From: Guillardia theta CCMP2712
Taxonomy: Eukaryota; Protista; Cryptophyta
Direction: 5' to 3'
Assembly: GCF_000315625.1 (NCBI RefSeq)
Contig: NW_005434515.1
Location: forward strand, 85,157-131,995
DNA length: 46,839 bases
Within the stretch, counting starts at the first letter, position 1; every line of letters starts with the position of its first letter. The notes beneath the pieces are model-generated. The model worked only from the letters and a program-made list of their open reading frames with translations. It had not been told where the DNA came from and did no database searches. Of the stretch, positions 23,926 to 37,800 are shown piece by piece. The position numbers and the translations under genes were made by a program.

Positions 23926-24381
23926 GACAAGTAGCGGCCCGGAAACTTTGAACGGAAGGGTGTAACATTGGGGAAGTGAGGGGGTGGGGGTAGTGATTGC
24001 GACCCTTGCAAGTTTGCGATGCAGTTCACGGTTGCAAGTCCGGGAGTCAGACAGCGAGGATGGAGGGAGGGAGGGAGGGAGGGAGGGAGGAGTAGAAACA
24101 AGATTTATGAATGTTTGAGATCGCTGTCCTAACGTCGATCAAGAGGAGCGAGAGGAGGATGGAGGCAGGAGTGAAGTGATAGGTGCTGAAGGAGAGATAT
24201 GAGCATCGAAAAAGAGACTCGAAAGTTGACGGGGAGTAAGTGAGGAGTTGAAGGAATTCGGAGAGGAAACGAATATAGGGGATCACATGTATGGATTACC
24301 GCAATTTTAAGAGGCTACGATGATAACAAGAGAACCCTGGTGTGTGCAGCTCTCTTGCAGGAGCTGAGTTTGTGTTGCAGC

Positions 24382-26234
24382 ATGTTCAAAGTTCGTTCGA
24401 ATGCTTCAAGAGTTGTTCTTCTTCGTGGCTTTTCTAGTCAAGTCGTCTTAACGTCAAGGCCTCAATCATGCTTCGCCCGCAGGTCCTTCTCCAGCTCATC
24501 CGAGCGTGATCGAATCTCGCAGCTGTCGATCGATGAATGGGCAGAAGAATTCAAGAGAGCAACGGTTGGACTAGCGAGCATGGACATCCAGACGGTAAGA
24601 GCGTCTCTCCTCGCTGCCGTGAGAGTTGCTGCAGATCTCGTACCAAGAGTCTGCTCAGCGGATGCGCGACCTTCTCAAGACGGGCCTGCTGAGAAACACT
24701 GACCTCAACAAGCGTCCTGATCGCTTCTTCTTGGCTCACCGCCTGCTCGCTCAACACGCCCCGAAGCTTGGACCGGGCTTCTGGATCCGATTCACCGTTC
24801 ACTACAACTTGTGTGCGGGAACTGTTCTTGGATTGGGCAACGAGGAGCAGATCAAAGAGTTGGACGAGTGGCAGGAGAAGGGACTGCTCGGCTGCTTCAG
24901 CCTCACGGAGAAACTGGCAGGAGTGAACTCAGGGCTGGTTGTCAACACTCAAGCCCACTGGGACTCGAGGACCCAGACCTTCAACTTGACGTCACCGTCG
25001 CATGGCGCCGCTAAGAATTGGATCTCGCAAGGTCTGGTGGCGGACAGGACGGTGGTGGTAGCGGATCTGATGATCGAGGGCAAGCCTCACGGCCCTCACG
25101 CCTTCGTCGTCAACCTCCGTGACAACGGCCAGGTCCTGCCTGGTGTGCTGTTGACCGACATGGGACGAAAACCGTCGGCAACGGTTGAGTCTGAGGGGTT
25201 GGCGTGACTGTGCTGACGCCTCTCTGCGCAGATCTTGACAATGCCTCCATCGCCTTCTCCAACGTGAAGCTCCCCAAGAGCGCGCTGCTCAACCGGTTCG
25301 CCGACATCGAGGGCGACAAGTACGTTCAGAAAGTGGAGGGGATGCCAGTGTTCCACATGATCGGTCAGAGGCTTTTCACCGGACGAGTTGCTGTGGCTCA
25401 GGCTGCTCTGGAGTTCCGGAAGAGTCTTTTCGACATGACAAAGTCCTACGCTGACTCCAAGAAGTGCTGGTCGCCGACGGGCGAGCTCTCGCTGTCAAGC
25501 ATCCCGCAGCTGAAAGACATCTTCATCGAAAACCGCAAGAGCCTCGACACCCTCGAAGCCTTCGTGGGCAAGTGCGAGAAGCAGCTCTCTGACTGCCTCA
25601 CCTCCGGCTCCCTGCCTAGCCTGCAGCTGGTTAACGCGATCGCGGTCGCCAAGGTGAGCTGAAGTTGTGCTGAGCATGTGGGTGATGAAGGCCGAGAAGG
25701 TGAAGGCAGTAGAAGACAGCATCGACTTCTGCCACAGACTGCAAAACGACGTGGGAAGTTACGCGCTCATGGCCGGGACAGGATTCGAGCAGAAAGATTT
25801 CTTGACCTGTTGCAAGTTCGCCGAGGGTGACAGTCGAATTTTGATGCAGAAGATGTCCCGAGACAAGATCAAGGTGATGCCTCCTTCTCCCAACCCCCCC
25901 CTCGCCTTCATCTCCTCCTCCTCTCCTCTCCCCGGCGTGCATTTCCTCGCTCGAGTGACTTCTAATCTTCGTTCAGCAATACGAGAAGAAGCCTCCCACA
26001 CCCGAGCAGATTCAGGCGGACGAAGAGGCAAAAGTTGCTGCCAGCTTGCTTGAACGTCTTGCAGCAGACGCCAAGGCAACCGGAAACAAGCAGGAAGCGT
26101 GGGACAAGAACTGGAAGCTCGTCTATGCGCTGGTGAGTCACCAGCCTCATGATCTCTTGTTGCTGATTGAGGGTTGGGACCAGGCTGACGTCATCATGAA
26201 CAAGACCATGGAGTCCTACATGTCTCGCTCGTAA
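24382..26234 (+). CDS. Acyl-CoA oxidase/dehydrogenase-like flavoprotein, six exons, with a 1-nt frameshift near 25170
   Basis: IRFTVHYNLCAGTVLGLG, LGCFSLTEKLAGVNSG, KNWISQG, HGPHAFVV, DLDNASIAF, LFTGRVAVA, CKFAEGDSRILMQKMSRD. GT-AG introns at 24595-24634, 25184-25231 and 25654-25699, plus two further ones. Confidence 0.88.
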
Positions 26235-26292
26235 TCGCCTAAAGTTGATTAATAACTTTAATCGCCTGTCCTCCAAGAGTCGGTCAGTGACG

Positions 26293-28388
26293 TCAAACAG
26301 CTTGACTCGACCTCGTCATCTCATCGGCTTTCTTCTGTTCCCGGAAGAATCTGAGCACAAACAGTGAGAGAGGGCGGGAGAAACAAGTTGACTGACTTCT
26401 GTCGAGCACATCCAGCTCAGACATCATGCGATCAAGCGTGTCGTTGGTCTGCTGTCGTTGTGAACTTCTTGCGGTCCTTTCATCATGCGCTGTTCTCTCC
26501 TCCTCCTCCTCTTCCTCCTCCCCCTCGTCGATGAAGTCATCATCGTCATCCTCGAACTCATCGTCGAAGTCTTCCTGCGACTCTCTCAGGCTCGCGTCCT
26601 CGTCGAAATCATCGAATTGTGAGTCCTCGTCCGACGCTTGCGATGATCTTGACTTGCGCGCTTTGAAGCCTCTCGCTACTTGTGCTGGTTGCATCCTAGC
26701 GGCGATCTCTTGCAGCACCATGGCGCTTACCTGCAGCAGAAGGTGAAGGACACAGGAGGCTAAAGGAGAAGAGGAGGAGGAAGAGTCACCTCCTGCTTGA
26801 TGTCGTGCATGTCCAACAACTTGCTGATGTCGGACTGAAGGTGCGCGATCTGCCATGTGTGAGCCGAGGGAAGGAAGAGCAGCTGAAGAACCTTGTGCGC
26901 CGAGTCTCGGTGCTTGGAGAAGATAGTGGAGGAAGAGACGTTGGAGCTCGAGTCCAGCGACTCGTTGCCTGACAACCTGGCCCGTGCTATGTCATGTTTG
27001 TGTGACCTGGAAACGAGCTGAGCTAGGATGACAGTAACCGATAGAGGTCTCACTTCTCATAGCTCATGATCTTCTTGGCGGCCTTTGACTTGGACGGATC
27101 GTCAGCGGTCGTGAATGCATGGATGTGTCGGAAAATCTGCCGAGGCATTATGCATCTTCAAAGAGGCGGTGGAGGCAACAAACACCTTCTTGAGGTCCTT
27201 GCGGGCTCTTGAAAGCTCTAGCTCCAGCAGATTCAAGTTGGACTCCGTCAGGTTCCTCTGGCTCGTTCTCGATAGCTTCGATCCTTCGATGTGGTCGATC
27301 AGCCGCTGCAGGAGGGCGAAGGAAGCTTCGCGATCGTCCATGCAGTGCTCAAGGAGGAACAGGTAGGAGCAGAGCACCGACGTGTTGCTCATGTCAGCTG
27401 CCAGCGCCTGCTCGTACTTCTCGCTTGCCGCCTCGTACTGACCTCTAGCCTGCAGGGCAACAGCCTGATGGTAGAAGTGCTGGTTCTGACTCTGAAGCTC
27501 CTGCGTGCGACGCTTGAAGACTTTGTACGTCTTGTCGAAGCGCTTGCCTGCCTCCAAGGACATGAAGAGCCCGGCCGTCACGAAGCGGTTCAAGCTTCGC
27601 TCTCGCTTGAGGTCAAAGAGCGCATTCTGAAGGTTCTCCTCTAGCTGCTTCATCCTTCCTAGAGTCATGCCCTTCGCCTTTTCCAGCGCTTCTTTCTGTC
27701 GCTCTAGGTCCTCCACTGATTGGTAGAGGCGATTGGCTTCATCTCTGTAGAACAGTCCGTTCTCAAGAGCTTTCTGAGTCTCAATCGCTCGGTCTTTCTC
27801 ATGCTCGAGCTCTGCATCCCTTAGCGTCCTGAGCTCTTCTAATTGGTTGTATGCTCTGTCAAGCTCCTCCTTAGTCTCCTGCAGCTCCGCTCTTATGTTC
27901 TGCCTCGAATACTCTTCAACAGACGTGCTGGTTCTCATCTGTCCCCGGAGACGCTCGCACTCTTCCTCAAGCATCATAACTTTCTGGTTCGAGTTCGCCA
28001 GCAACTGAAATAAAGTGTGAGAGAAAATGATCAACGCGCAAGTCCCTCGTCCCCTCGTCCCCTCGTCCCCACCCCCATCCAACCGATGAGCCATACCAGT
28101 ACGCACCTGTCCATTTACTTCGTATGATTGTTGAAGTGCATCGTAAGCTTCTTTCAGAGCTCTTCTCTCTGCTTCTGTGTACGTCCTCTCTTGCCTCTCC
28201 GTCGCCAAATCCTCCCTGAGCTTCCTAGCGGTCCGTTCTGCTGCCGTCACTTGGCTTTTCAGTCTCTCTACCTCCATCTTCAACCTATCAGGTTCTTTGC
28301 TGTACAGCTGGTCTGTCTCCTCCATGATCCCTCCTCCTCCCCCTCCTCCCGGCCCTCCTCCTTCACTCTGCCAGCCGCTGCCCTCCAT
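26293..28388 (-). CDS. Coiled-coil protein with a TPR-like segment and an acidic C-terminus, multi-exon
   Basis: ORF 27102-28457 (probable start MEGSGW at 28388) is heptad-rich. QAVALQARGQYEAASEKYEQALAAD...VLCSYLFLL is TPR-like. Downstream exons 26760-27053 and 26293-26856. Confidence 0.7.
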
Positions 28389-29699
28389 AGCGCCGGTCCT
28401 CGAGGACAAGGACCGGGTCCCCAGAGACGGACTTGAAAGTTTGACAGCCGCTGTCAACCTCTCAGTAGTCTCAGTGCATTGTCCGGGCCCCGGTTTCCAG
28501 TTTGCCGGCTACCGGCCCGCAATGTTCGTTCACTGCTCGGAAGAGCCTGCGAGCGGCCCGGCCGGAGCCTCCGGGGACCGTGACCGTGAAGGAAGGAGTC
28601 AATGGGAAGGCAACGCTTCCTGAAACATTGACAATTCTGTCCGACCACTTGCGTCATCGTCACCCGAGTTTCGGGTGTTGATCTGCGAAAAACCGTCATT
28701 TCAGAGATTTATGTCATCATCGTCACCATGATGATTTTGACTAAAACATTTTGGTACAATCTTTGTCATGGACCCTTGTGGTATCGTGATAACCCAACCT
28801 CAGCCGACGTAAGGGATTGAAGTCGGAGACTACCCCCACCCCTCATTTTACCTGCAAGTTTGTACCAGCACGGCTAGGCGATGTCACATTGCGTTTACCC
28901 AACCCACGGAAAAATAAAATTATACTTGAGAGGATCTATTGCGAATCAGTACAAAATAAATTATATATTAATTTCATGGTACAATCTGATGCGGCCGAGC
29001 TACCTTGGCAATAGACACTTCTCAAATAAATATTTTAATATTTTAAATTTAGAATAATTTTTGAAAGTTAGCCCACCCTTACTACACGTTTGCGGTCATG
29101 ATCACCCACCCCATACAAACCCCAAACCTACCCCTACCTTGATCGATCACATCGGACATTCGTACCCCACCCCCAATTTGAAAAACGTTTCGTACCGCAC
29201 CCTTTGCACCAGGGCTGGAATTGTACCCTACCCCACGATTTCATCAGTTTTCGGACATCAACCTTATCATTGTGGCTTTCGTTGAATTTACTAAGTTTCT
29301 TGCTATGGATTATTCCTTCTTAGATATACATCATATTCCTTTTACTTGTGAAAGTCAACGGGGTGGGTACCAGCAGCCAATGTCTTTTTATACTGCCACC
29401 CTGAGTTAAACACCCTACCCAACCTTTGATATGATAGTGACATGACCCACCCACCTACCTACTATGCCTACCCACCCTATTCCCCTGCACATACCCATAC
29501 CCAACACTGCGGCTTCATACCTGCTTCAGAGCTCATTTACCTCCCGTTCCCTCAGAAGAGGCAAGAGCTATCAAGAGGGATAACCTGGCAGCCATGCAGA
29601 CAAGTAACAGGAGGAAGATGACGATAATCATGTCCCCTACTTGTCCCTTCCCCACCACCCCCCGCACCTGAACTTAACATGTCAAAATAGAGTTGAGGA

Positions 29700-32334
29700 A
29701 AACAAAAATCTAGACGTTGGACAAGTGACGATCAATCTGATCATTTGTGAGCCATTCGCCGGCATGAAAGTTGATGTCTTTCACGAATTGATCTAGGGTC
29801 TGCCAGTTGTATTAATTTCCAGGCGTTGTAAAAGAATTTCTTCTTGTCACCTTGTTGTAAAAGTATCCATGCAATTGCATCTCCTCCCGTAGTAGAGGAT
29901 CAGGCTGAAAGCAAACGCTGAGGCGCATATTCTTCATGCAGATACAATACCGTGGAAAGTTCTCCTCCTCTGAATTTAGAGGCCCTTGCCAAGGAAACTC
30001 CCTTAGGGGGGGCAGTTGGGTTGTCTCTCTGCAAGGCTAGACGATGAATCGTCAAATGCTTGCTTTTTCTCGGCTGCCCCCAGCCAGCGCCCACCCCGCT
30101 GCTCTCGACTAGGCGGGAACTTACCTTTCTGTGCTTTCTTCTTCGTGTCCTTCCAGTCACTTGCCTTGAAGGGCATCCAACCCTTGGGGAGAGGAACGAG
30201 CCGTTTAAAAACCTCATTTTCAAGTCAGGGCCAAAGAGTAGCCAACGAGCGAATCCTCACTTCTGGGTTCATTGGGAGCGGAGCAAACTTTTTGCCATGT
30301 CCGTCCCTATAGATCTTGCCGGAGTTGGGATCCATGAACTTGGGAGCTAAGCAGTAACAACCGTTTAGGAGCAGCAAAGTGGAATCCGTCTCGACCTTTC
30401 TTGGTGACATTCTATTCCATAAAAACCAGAGGAGTGAGTTGAAGATTTGGAAAGAGACTGGAATCACCTTTTTGGCTATCACACTGCCCACAATCAGATC
30501 GCTGAAACAACACTCAATGCTTCTGTCGAATCAGAGTTGCAACCTTACAAAGATTTCTTGGTATCTACAGGATTGTTCGGATCTCTGCGAACGAACATCA
30601 AATACAGAAGGTGTCTGCATGACAAAACACCTGCAAGTCAGATCGATCATCAACTTCGTTCCTGTCACTATCCGGATCTTTCCTGTCGGTTAATGAAAAA
30701 CGAATCTTTCTCAAAGTATTGCGTACCAGACTTGAGGACTGTGAAGGCTACTGGAACATGCCTTGTAAAAACAGTCACAGAAATTCATATCTGATCGTGT
30801 TGAGAAATGAATTCACAGTACAAGAATGCGAAAGAACAGGTTAATGGAAACGTTACCTCGGATTCAACGGAATGTCATCACTTTCAACAATTTTTCCATC
30901 TTTAGACAGCTGAGCAATAAAAATCTTGAAAAATTCATCATGAATCTCATACTATAGTTCTAAAAGAAAGAAATGATAAAAGTCAGTCTCACTGTTCTTT
31001 GCTTCCTCGGTTTGTCTTTTGAAGATTTTATGTTGTCGACACGAATTCCCATTACTAGGATATTCCCAGTCGCTGAATGAAAGTCAGAATCTCGTATTCA
31101 CAACATTTTGAATCAGAATCGCCTCGCAGAGAATTATTTCAACAAAATTTGGAAAATTTCATCTGACCCTGTAATCATCCTCGCAACTTACCATCGGAGT
31201 CTGTGTGCATAGCCAAGATGTGTCTCCAGCTGTCGTATCCCACAAGTTCCTTTGAATCAGCAGAATTCTTATCCTTCTTCTATATCAACAATAAGAGGCG
31301 AGATTTGACATGGTCTGCTTGAGCCTACTTCCAGCAAAATCGTAGATTCCGCTTTGTTGCTTGTCGGCGAAATCTTCACAAACAGGACTTTTGGGGGCAT
31401 TTTCTGTGCAAAATTAGCAATCCCCTCACAAAAGAAGACGAGACTGACGAAAGCTGTAGCAGCCATGTAAAACTTCTTGGTTGTGCGACTATACCCTTTA
31501 ATGCGGGTCGGAGCATCCAACTTTAGTCCAAGCTGAACCAACATCTGCTCATCAACTCGCAAATCTACCTACTCTCACCTGCGCATGGATGAATTGCGTT
31601 GTCGTTGAGTTGTCAACTTGCTTCGTGGCCGGAGCAACAGGAAACACCGAGATCTTAATATATGTCAATTCTGCAAAAAACGGAGGAGAGTATTCTTTAC
31701 AATCTTGTCTCGTTCATTGTACACTCCATAGCTATCTTTACCCATCTGTTCTCGACTTGTAAAACTGCTTAAAACTCTCGTTTTGTACCCTACCTTCACC
31801 ATTCCATTGACAGGCTTCTTGAAATTGACTAAATTCAATACTCCTTGCTGGGTACCATTCACGGCGAAACTACATCAAGTCAGTAAGTGGAGTCAACAAG
31901 TGTCGCTTACCGCCATATTTTGTTAGATGCTAACGGCAGGAGGAGGAATGAGCCATCTAGTGGAACTTTAAGAAAATTGGAAGCTTTCTGCTTTTTTCAC
32001 CTCTTGAAAAGGCAACCGAAACCGCCGGGGTAGGAGTTTTCAAGTTGACTGTACTGTTATGGATACCAAAGTTATAAAATGCAAACAAGAGTGTATCTAA
32101 CCTCTTTGCCACGTACTGGGACAGTTTGCAGGGTAAAGCTGAGACATTGAATTATGAGTGATGACGCTTGACAACAAGATTCAACTCAGAACCATTCGTA
32201 TTGTGCAGACCATACAAGCTCACGAAAAATATGTAGAAAAGGAAGAATTTTCCTGAAATAAAATCAGACGAAATTAAGATTGGCAGGGTTGTGAGGATAT
32301 AATACGATGCATTCGAAATCCTATCAGTTTCCAT
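29700..32334 (-). CDS. Hypothetical multi-exon gene or genes, product not recognised, boundaries approximate
   Basis: Successive minus-strand open segments (32152-32334, 31665-31862, 31269-31562, 30225-30491, 29900-30223) are bounded by GT/AG-like signals. No motif recognised. Confidence 0.35.
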
Positions 32335-32992
32335 CGAGCCCTAAGCAACTCTGAATGGTATCTGACTGGTGCTGGCTGTGAGGGTTGGCTGTGAGGGTGG
32401 TCACGGTGAGGGTGGTAGAGGAGTTTCATGAATCCTTAAACATGTGCACCAAATCCTGACCTAGAGTTTCTTTTGTTCCTTTCTTCTTGTTCATTTCCTC
32501 TGTCTTCTGCTTCTTCTTCTTCGCAGCCTCCTCACCTCTCCTCGTTGTCCCTTCCTTGCTGCCCGTCATGGTTGGTCGCCCTGCTGGACTATTACCTCAC
32601 CCCACCCCCCTTTGGCTTGAATTGGCCCGAGAAAATGCATCCTACCCTACCCCCGGGCTTTATAGCCTAGAAGGAGGTTTGATATGGAGATCGAGCACCC
32701 ACCCCTATCCCACCAGCATTCAAAGGCATACATGTTAAAACCCTCGTGCCTTCATCTCGTCTACATCAAACATCAGTGAGGCTCTGGACACGACTGAGAT
32801 GTCACTTGGCTGCACTGAGAGAGCCGATCCAACAGCGCATGCGACTCAGGGCAAAATTTCTTTACGTCACTAGACCAGGAAAAGGGAAGGCTAGGACAAG
32901 TCAGCGATGCGCCAATTCGGTTTCATTTGCTCATGTTGGAAAACTGATCTCATGGAAAAAGAATGCGATGAGGACGGAAAGCGTAAAAGAAA

Positions 32993-34336
32993 TCAATCCG
33001 AGTCATCGTAGTCCGCAAGCCCCGAGAGAGCATTTCCTAGAAAGAAATCAACGAAGCGCGGAGCCAGTACAAAGACAGACCTCCTGCAGGCTCCGCTACC
33101 TTTTGCTTTTTTTCAACAGAGACCTCTCCTCCAGCTTTTCGATTTGCAGAAATCAATTTTGAGAGAATCCTACACCTGCAGTCAGCCATCTCGTAGCAAC
33201 AATTGATTTTTTTCTTGTACGAGCTCTGCGCATTCGTCTCAGCTTGCTTCCTTTTCTGTTATCATAGAGCAATATCAGGTCTGGAATTGACAGACGGGTG
33301 CTTACTACCTGACCCATGATCTTTGCTAAATCAATCGAAGAATCTTTCTGCAGAAAAACATATTTTAAACGTTTTAAGTTGGCCAATCATTTCTCTTCTC
33401 ACCTCAGCCTTCTGTTCTGCCTGTTCAATTCTGAATTCTCTCTGTGTTCTTCGCTCTTCCTCTATCTGATTTGGATCAGAAGGTTGAAATTGACAAGAAC
33501 TTCTCGCACCCTTTGTCTTTCCCTTTCCCTGATTTCCCTCTCTTTTTCACCGAGAAAGCTTACTTCATCATCATCCAATGCTTTTGGAGGGCAGAATCTG
33601 ATAAGCAGGTATCAAAACAGCACTGATTCGCTAGCAGTTACAATGGATTGACCTATTATCATGTATGATCTTTTCAAACTCTTCTTGTTTCTTCGCTTTG
33701 TTCTCTGAAAATTCACTGTTGATGTTGAGAAATCATGATGATATACAAAACCTGCTAGCAGGTCTCCCAGAGCACCCACCCGTCCTTCTCCCGGTCGCTG
33801 CTCTCTCTCTGGTTCTTTCAAACCTCGAGCCTATGTTTTCAATTCAGAACAGTGACAAAGTCTTCACCAACAAGCGTTGTACATGCTTCTCGATGTCATA
33901 GCTACTACTTGTTTCTCCTTCCTCGATGTTCTGATTGGGCCCTCGATCGAGGTAGTATCCGAGGCCATGACTTCCTTTCTTGAAAATGTAGCCTTCCTTT
34001 GAACCACCGAAGGAATCTGCAGCGTGAGAGGGCAAGGGACGTGGAGATTAAAGGAGAGAGGAATAAAGGGAGGGCGAGAATCAGATACTTTGCGTTGTAG
34101 AACAGAATCAAAGACCAGCCGGTAGAAAGTCATCCTGAACTTCGCCTCCTACTACCACAGCTTCTCCTTTGCTCACGAACCTGCGATGCATGAGTGTCAC
34201 AGGCGGAGCATGACTCTTGAGAGACAGAAGAAGAATACTTGAGGGAATTCAGAGAAGGAGCTCCTTGCATCAGGGGCGCTCCTTCCATTCGGCGTCGAAG
34301 AGCCTCATTGCGCTCCTCTTCCGTCCAGTGACTCAT
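32993..34336 (-). CDS. FAM192A/NIP30/PSME3IP1 (yeast Fyv6)-like nuclear protein, multi-exon
   Basis: The spliced product gives FVSKGE..., LGDLLA|ENKAKKQEEFEKIIHDNR|FCPPKALDDDEVSFLGEKEREIRERER (NIP30 N-terminal LD-x-DE-x-x-FL motif) and ends ALSGLADYDDSD*, which is typical of this family. Confidence 0.7.
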
Positions 34337-34842
34337 TGTGTCAAGGCGAATGGAGTATGCGAGTAGCAGCAAGTAGGTCGGACGAGGCAAAGCCACGCGT
34401 GGGCAGCAGGACGAGACAGTAGTATGCGAGTCACAGGCACAGTCACGGGGCTGGCGCACACAGGAGGAGAGGGCTGAGCAGAGGGCTGATGAAGGCAGGG
34501 GGGCAGGGCAGAGGACGTGGGGATTTTTAGAGTTGATGAGACGGGGTCTAGGAATTCACTTTTGCCCTTCCATTCTCGGTGATTCGGCTCTGAGGCAGAT
34601 CGGTGGGCCTATCATCAATCCTTGCGGAAATAGAAGCATTTCTGGCAGCCACAGTTTCGCTGTCGGTGATGCAGCATCCGGCGCTTCTGGCAAAGCTTGA
34701 GGAGCTGGAGGATAGCTGAGCTGCTCGAAGCGGGCAGGAGGGTCAAGCCCAGTCACGAGCTGGTTCCATGGTCACGTGTCCTGCTGCTGAGCCCAACAGA
34801 TTTCAGTGACTGGCTCCCTTGATCGTCCTGACAGTGACAAGG

Positions 34843-37800
34843 ATGGATCAGCCGGCTATGCATTCCTTGCAAGAAGAAGTGCTCGATCTGTGGCTTGACA
34901 GGGTAGCTCATCACTGCCTTCACTTACCTCTGAAGGAGTATATTGCGAAGAAGTTACAACAAGGTAACTCCTCGTGTCGTGAAATCTCTGTGAAGACTCG
35001 GCTCTTGTCTCACTTTGTCATTTTGGAAGTATCAGGGACGAGCAAGGACAAACCATATGAGAAGCTGATGCATTGGATTCAAAGTTCTACTTCCACGATT
35101 CTTGACAGCTCGAACCAGCATTGCCATGAAACGGGAACATTGGAACACAATACAAAGTAATCCATTCTCATGGACCAGCTGTGAACAACCAGATCTGATT
35201 TGTGTTTCATTTAGTGGTTCAACTCGTCTCGATAGGTGGCTTGAAAGAATCAGAAATTCAAGAAACTGCAACGATGCTAATCAAACGAAACCTAGGACTG
35301 GTAAGGATGCATTTGGAAATGTGTTTTGAGATCATTTGAAATACTCCAGAATCAAAGCTTGCACGCTGGCTCAAACGAGTCCAGGAAGCAAGATCATCAT
35401 ATGCGATTGAGAATCAGTCGAATTCAAAGGACAACAAGGCCAAAGATTCTTTGATGTACATTAGGAATGTGATTGATGGAAATGAGTATTGCGGTGAAAT
35501 TATCGATGTTTTTATTACCTGCAATCTGAACGACTACCAAGGTTATTCTAAGGGGACATTGAGGGAATTTCAAGGATCAATAAGGTTTTCATATAGATGT
35601 TATTCGTGCTACGGTGAATAGTAATCAATTAGCAGGTCAGACCTATTCGAGTACCATGGTAATTTCAAGAATGGGAAAATGTATGGTGGAGCCAAGTATT
35701 TTTCAAAGAAAGGCTTTAGATTTACAGGTGGTTAAAGTACTGAAAGCATTGAACTTATTGAAATTCTAGGACATTTTAAAGATGGAAATCCTCATGGGGT
35801 AGGATTTCTGGATGATGACGATGGGACTCGATGGAAGGTGACGAGAAAGAATGCATAAGAACCATTTTTGAACTGTCAGCCAGGTCGAATATGATGGAAA
35901 AGTGTCTTTTGAAGAAGGAGCGACTCCTCTGAAAAAGGAAGAAGTCTCTCACAAGGTAAGCAACTATGTTATTAAAAGAGCTGGTTGTGTGATATCACAT
36001 CAAATGGAGCTTCTGAGTATTTGCTCCAGCCGTATGTACCAGGGAAGGTCAATTGCCTAGCCTGCAAAAAAGTTATTTTGAATGCTTTGCCAACAAGGGA
36101 AGGTATTGTTGCTCATGTCTACGGTTTTAAATTTGACTTGAATGCCTAGCGCAAGATGAAGATTCTTATGCCCATATCAGAAATATATCTGCAAGGCTTG
36201 TGCTAGCACGGCCCCCCTTTGCTGATGTTCCATTATGGAACGCTGATGAAGTCCGAGGGAAGATAGTTGCAATAATGAGAGGCCCCAAACCTCCAGCAGA
36301 AATGGTGTCTTTCACCACAAAATTACATCATGCTCAACTAGCGGGTGCTGTTGCTGTGGTCTTTGTGGACAATCAAAATACCGACGTGTTCACTTCTATT
36401 CCGAGGTCACAGAAGTTGATTGCAAAAAGAAATTGACTGCTGCTTATAGAGTGGAAGAAGGACCAATCTCCTCTGGAGTGGTGCCAGGTGGAAATCCTCT
36501 CGTGCAAGTCAAGATCCCAGCAGTGATGATTTTGCAAGTGAGCTGGATTCCTGCGTCAATGGCATCTAACCGTTCGTGTTGCTCATGCAGAAAGATATCT
36601 CACTGCTTCAAGAAGGTGCCACTCACATAATTGCATTTCCACCCGTCCAGCCTGGAACAAATCTAGGCTACAGGGCAGGAATTGTAGGCTGTCCTCGCCA
36701 AGAAAGCAAATTCGGGATTTCTAAAAATGAGGCTGATGCGTTGATGAAAGAATTCTTTAACGCAAGGAAGCACGAGCGCCTGCAAGAACAATCTGTCAAT
36801 CAACAATCACCTGTGCAAAATCCACTGCAAGATCCAGAAGCCTCAGATAACATATTGGTATTTTTCGATTAAAACTAACACATCATTTCTGAACGGGCAC
36901 TCACTTCCTTAACCAGGCCGATTTGAACAGGAGAATCATGAGACGAGTGATTGGCAAGATCGAAGGTATTGCTGGACAACAGAACTGGGAGTGGATAAGA
37001 TATCGAGCATCAGCTGTGATCGAACCTCTCATAAAGCAGAACGACCCTGAAACAGCCAGGCATTCAATCAATCCAAGAAGCGATGCCTCTCAGGCGGGAG
37101 AACAAACCACCACGGGTCCTTCAGACAAGCAAGTATCATCCTATCGGAGTCAAACCAACGGCGAAGCTCGAGAATCCGAAGTCAGATCCGAGCATGCCGT
37201 ACAGCAAGACACTGGCAACGGGTATCATGTCCTTGTACGCTATGGTTTAACGTTCTCTGGACAATTGCAAAATGGACTCCCGCATGGCTTTTGTGAGATG
37301 AAGTTGCCAGATGGTACAGAAATTCATGGATTCTTTGTGGGGGGAGAGTTGACCGGACAAGGGAAGTATTACTTTACAGACGGGTAATCATTCCTATATG
37401 AATTTTTGGACATTTGACAATGTTCGGTACCTACAGGCAAGTTTATGAGGGCTCGTTTATATGCGGTTTGCCAACAGAAGGCTATCTTTACAATCACATC
37501 GAATCGAAAAAGTACCTCGTGCGTTATCAAGACAATATGCCGTTATGGGACGGCGCGAAACCAAGCACCAAAGAAGAGGTATCCAAGGCGTTTCTGGATG
37601 GGAAGGCTCAATGTGTTGGCCTCTGCATCGCCAAGGCGACTTCAACAAATGTTGATGCAATAATTCCTTGCAAGCTTGGTTTTGATTCATGGTCATCAGG
37701 GTGAGAAGCGGAAGCATGAAGCTTACAAACATTTGCGCAACATATCTGGAAGGCTTGTATGGGCAAGGCCGCAGTTTGCAGACATGCCTCTATGGAATGC

